A DNA stretch of 64,000 nucleotides from Escherichia coli. Its GTDB lineage: Bacteria; Pseudomonadota; Gammaproteobacteria; Enterobacterales; Enterobacteriaceae. The stretch lies in the NCBI RefSeq assembly GCF_048403405.1, contig NZ_CP183129.1; one strand, written 5' to 3'. This document shows positions 60,879-64,000 of this stretch, in pieces; the stretch's first letter is position 1; each line of letters begins with the position of its first letter. Both the position numbers and the translations under genes were made by a program. Below the pieces are notes generated by a model, which saw only the letters and a list, made by a program, of their open reading frames with translations, made no database searches and was not told the DNA's origin.

Positions 60879-61115
60879 CCACCACGCGGGGGTAAAACCC
60901 CGCGTATTGGATTGTGATGGTTTGGTCTCCTGCACCCTTTTTTAATTTATATTGTTTATGTAAATATTATGCCTATGTTTATTATTCATATATATTACGG
61001 ATGAAAATTATTTGATTATTCATAATGTAAATATTTTATTGAACGATATATATCACAGATAATTTTTAATATATGCGTAAATATCCTTTAAGTTTTACTG
61101 AAGGATAAAAACATT

Positions 61116-63773
61116 GTGACTTTCTTTGATTTCTGGGGAAAAACCCGACGTGGCGAGAAAGAGGGTGGTGACGACTATCACCTTCTTTGCTGGCATTCGC
61201 TGGATGTAGCCGCGATGGGCTATTTAATGGTTAAAAGCAATTGCTTCGGGCTGGCTGACTATTTTCGTCAACTAGGTTTCGCTGATACGGAGCAGGCAGC
61301 ACAATTTTTCGCCTGGTTGCTGTGCTGGCACGATACTGGAAAATTTGCCCGCTCTTTTCAGCAACTTTACCTGCACCCGCAACTCAAGGTTCCGGAAAGC
61401 TCTAGAAAAAATTACGAAAAAATCTCTCATTCAACGCTGGGTTACTGGTTGTGGCACCATTATTTAAGTGAATGCGAAGAATTGCTTCCTTCATCTTCAC
61501 TCTCTCCGCGCAAACTTAAACGGGTGATAGAGATGTGGATGCCCATGACTACCGGGCATCATGGTCGCCCGCCTGACCGTATGGATGAACTGGATAATTT
61601 TCTGCCTGAAGACAAAGCCGCCGCGCGAGATTTTCTCCTTGTAATCAAGGCACTGTTTCCTCTCATCGAGATCCCCGCATTCTGGGATGATGACGATGGC
61701 GTTGAACTTTTAAAACAACTTTCCTGGTATATCTCTGCAACTGTCGTACTTGCAGACTGGACGGGATCGTCAACGCGATTTTTTCCACGCGTCGCGCAGG
61801 CAATGGATATTGAAGATTACTGGCAGAAGGCTTTAGTTCAGGCTCAAAACGCATTAACCGTCTTTCCTCCAAAAGCACAAACCGCGCCTTTCACCGGAAT
61901 TAATACGCTGTTTCCTTTTATTGAGCACCCGACACCGTTACAGCAAAAGGTGCTGGATCTGGATATCAGCCAGCCTGGGCCACAGTTATTTATTCTGGAG
62001 GATGTGACTGGCGCAGGTAAAACAGAAGCGGCGCTTATCCTGGCCCACAGGTTGATGGCTGCGGGGAAAGCACAGGGTTTGTTTTTTGGCCTGCCAACAA
62101 TGGCAACGGCCAATGCCATGTACGATCGGCTGGTAAAAACCTGGCTTGCTTTCTATTCGCCAGAATCCCGCCCCAGCCTGGTGCTGGCACACAGTGCCCG
62201 CACATTAATGGACCGCTTTAATGAATCACTCTGGTCCGGTGATTTAGTCGGGTCAGAAGAACCGGATGAACAAGCGTTCAGTCAGGGATGTGCGGCCTGG
62301 TTTGCCGACAGTAACAAGAAGGCGTTGCTGGCTGAAATTGGCGTCGGCACGCTGGATCAGGCGATGATGGCGGTGATGCCGTTTAAACATAATAATCTGC
62401 GGCTTCTGGGACTGAGTAACAAAATCCTGCTGGCTGATGAGATCCATGCCTGTGACGCTTACATGTCGTGCATTCTTGAAGGATTGATTGAGCGGCAGGC
62501 GCGTGGCGGAAACAGCGTTATTTTGCTTTCTGCCACGTTATCTCAACAGCAGCGCGACAAACTCGTTGCTGCCTTTGCGCGTGGTGCAGAGGGTCAGCAA
62601 GAAGCTCCGTTCCTGGAAAAGGATGATTACCCCTGGCTGACGCACGTTACGAAATCGGATGTGCATTCACACCGGGTAGCAACGCGCAAAGACGTTGAGC
62701 GTAGCGTGAGCGTGGGTTGGCTTCATAGCGAACAAGAGTGTATTGCGCGTATCGAATCGGCGGTAAGTCAGGGGAAATGCATCGCCTGGATCCGGAATTC
62801 TGTCGATGATGCTATTAAAGTTCATCGTCAGTTGCTTGCCCGCGGCGTCATTCCTGCTTCCAGCCTTTCTCTGTTTCATAGCCGCTTTGCTTTTAGCGAT
62901 CGCCAGCGAATTGAAACGGAAACGCTGGCACGCTTCGGTAAAGAAGATAGCTCACAGCGTGCCGGAAAAGTCCTCATTTGTACTCAGGTCTTAGAGTCGA
63001 GCGTTGATTGCGATATGGACGAAATGATTTCCGACCTGGCCCCTGTTGATTTGCTGATCCAGCGAGCGGGGCGATTACAGCGGCATATCCGCGATATTAA
63101 TGGTCAGTTAAAGCGTGACGGAAAAGACGAGCGTTCTCCTCCTGAATTGCTGATTCTGGCCCCCGTCTGGGACGACGCTCCAGGTGACGAATGGTTCGGC
63201 AGTGCCATGCGTAACAGTGCATATGTCTATCCCGATCATGGACGAATCTGGCTGACGCAGCGTGTACTGCGTGAGCAAGGCGCGATTCAAATGCCACACG
63301 CAGCCCGCCTTCTTATTGAATCAGTCTACGGTGAGGACGTGGTAATGCCGGAAGGATTTGCCCGCAGCGAGCAGGAACAAGTGGGCAAATATTACTGCGA
63401 TCGCGCAATGGCTAAAAAGTTTGTGCTGAACTTCAGGCCCGGCTATGCCGCCAATATCAACGATTACCTCCCGGAAAAGCTGTCGACACGTCTGGCTGAG
63501 GAGTCTGTTTCCCTGTGGCTGGCTACCTGTATTGACGGTGTGGTGAAGCCTTATGCCACCGGTGCTCACGCATGGGAAATGAGCGTTGTCAGAGTGCGTC
63601 GAAGCTGGTGGAAAAAACATTGCGATGAGTTTTCTTTACTGGAAGGGGAAGCGTTCAGGCAGTGGTGCGTTGAACAGCGGCAAGATCCGGAGATGGCAAA
63701 TGTGATTTTAGTTACCGATGACGAAAGTTGCGGGTATTCGGCTAGGGAGGGATTGATTGGTAAGGTTGATTGA
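61116..63773 (+). CDS. cas3: Cas3 (type I-E CRISPR-associated HD nuclease / SF2 helicase), non-K-12 allele
   Basis: 885 aa; HD motifs (HSLDVAA, WHDTGKF), helicase motif I TGAGKTEA, motif II DEIH, motif III SATL, motif VI QRAGRLQRH; GTG start; sits directly downstream of cysH as in E. coli; N-terminal sequence differs from the K-12 Cas3 I recall (MEPFKYICHYWGKS...). Confidence 0.9.
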   Translation: MTFFDFWGKTRRGEKEGGDDYHLLCWHSLDVAAMGYLMVKSNCFGLADYFRQLGFADTEQAAQFFAWLLCWHDTGKFARSFQQLYLHPQLKVPESSRKNYEKISHSTLGYWLWHHYLSECEELLPSSSLSPRKLKRVIEMWMPMTTGHHGRPPDRMDELDNFLPEDKAAARDFLLVIKALFPLIEIPAFWDDDDGVELLKQLSWYISATVVLADWTGSSTRFFPRVAQAMDIEDYWQKALVQAQNALTVFPPKAQTAPFTGINTLFPFIEHPTPLQQKVLDLDISQPGPQLFILEDVTGAGKTEAALILAHRLMAAGKAQGLFFGLPTMATANAMYDRLVKTWLAFYSPESRPSLVLAHSARTLMDRFNESLWSGDLVGSEEPDEQAFSQGCAAWFADSNKKALLAEIGVGTLDQAMMAVMPFKHNNLRLLGLSNKILLADEIHACDAYMSCILEGLIERQARGGNSVILLSATLSQQQRDKLVAAFARGAEGQQEAPFLEKDDYPWLTHVTKSDVHSHRVATRKDVERSVSVGWLHSEQECIARIESAVSQGKCIAWIRNSVDDAIKVHRQLLARGVIPASSLSLFHSRFAFSDRQRIETETLARFGKEDSSQRAGKVLICTQVLESSVDCDMDEMISDLAPVDLLIQRAGRLQRHIRDINGQLKRDGKDERSPPELLILAPVWDDAPGDEWFGSAMRNSAYVYPDHGRIWLTQRVLREQGAIQMPHAARLLIESVYGEDVVMPEGFARSEQEQVGKYYCDRAMAKKFVLNFRPGYAANINDYLPEKLSTRLAEESVSLWLATCIDGVVKPYATGAHAWEMSVVRVRRSWWKKHCDEFSLLEGEAFRQWCVEQRQDPEMANVILVTDDESCGYSAREGLIGKVD

Positions 63774-63777
63774 GATG

Positions 63778-63801
63778 CCCTGGAGTCGGAGGACTCCAGG
63801 G
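63778..63801 (+). other. GC-rich hairpin 5 nt after the cas3 stop codon
   Basis: ccctggagtc ggag gactccaggg, 10-bp perfect stem with 4-nt loop, no following U run. Confidence 0.6.
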
Positions 63802-63889
63802 CCTATCCCCGCTGACGCGGGGAACGGAATAACAGAGTAACAGGAGCTACCTCTTACTGCTGGTTTATCCCTACGTTAATAGGGAAGAA
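63799..63889 (-). repeat. Two degenerate CRISPR-repeat-like units in inverted orientation, 62 bp apart
   Basis: gggcctatccccgctgacgcggggaacgg (63799-63827) matches the reverse complement of the array repeat at 24 of 29 positions with the stem-loop preserved; ctggtttatccctacgttaatagggaaga (63861-63889) matches at 17 of 29, concentrated at both ends; spacing close to the 61-bp array period. Confidence 0.5.
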
Positions 63890-64000
63890 GGGAGTATAGC
63901 ATCTACTGAGATGAATTTGTTTTGATATTTAATGTGAACTTCCTCTTACTGCCTTTACATTTTTCTATGCGAGGAGTAATCTTTGCTCAGTTTGGGAGAG

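Noticed and set aside
63890-64000. Possible start of cse1/casA at the right edge
   Set aside because: Only short frames (e.g. ATG at 63969) with no recognisable Cse1 sequence; the window ends before anything can be supported

Overview
This window reads as Escherichia coli core chromosome. Gene order and protein sequences match the K-12 region mltA - csdAE - gcvA - fuc - sdaCB - gud - barA - relA - mazEFG - pyrG - eno - queE - ygc cluster - cysJIH - cas3, presented in the opposite orientation to K-12 numbering. All identifications are from recalled protein and RNA sequences, not a database search. I annotate about 56 protein genes, three tandem initiator tRNA-fMet genes, the sRNAs GcvB and CsrB, a type I-E CRISPR array (13 repeats, 12 spacers of 32 nt) with a decayed satellite array, a 50-aa Hok-family toxin ORF missing from the ORF track, and cas3 at the right edge. 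I found no prophage, IS element or clearly foreign island, so I do not think there is a wholly new system here. The most interesting material is regulatory: (1) the uncharacterised ygc cluster, whose ygcW operon has a consensus CRP site and a strong leader terminator, with a GlpP-like antiterminator gene (ygcP) in the same cluster; (2) two degenerate, inverted CRISPR-repeat-like units and a GC hairpin immediately downstream of cas3; (3) a cas3 allele that differs from the K-12 sequence as I remember it. Start codons were adjusted from the ORF track where an internal start with a better ribosome-binding site matched the known protein length. Many track ORFs are antisense or repeat-translation artefacts and are listed as rejected.
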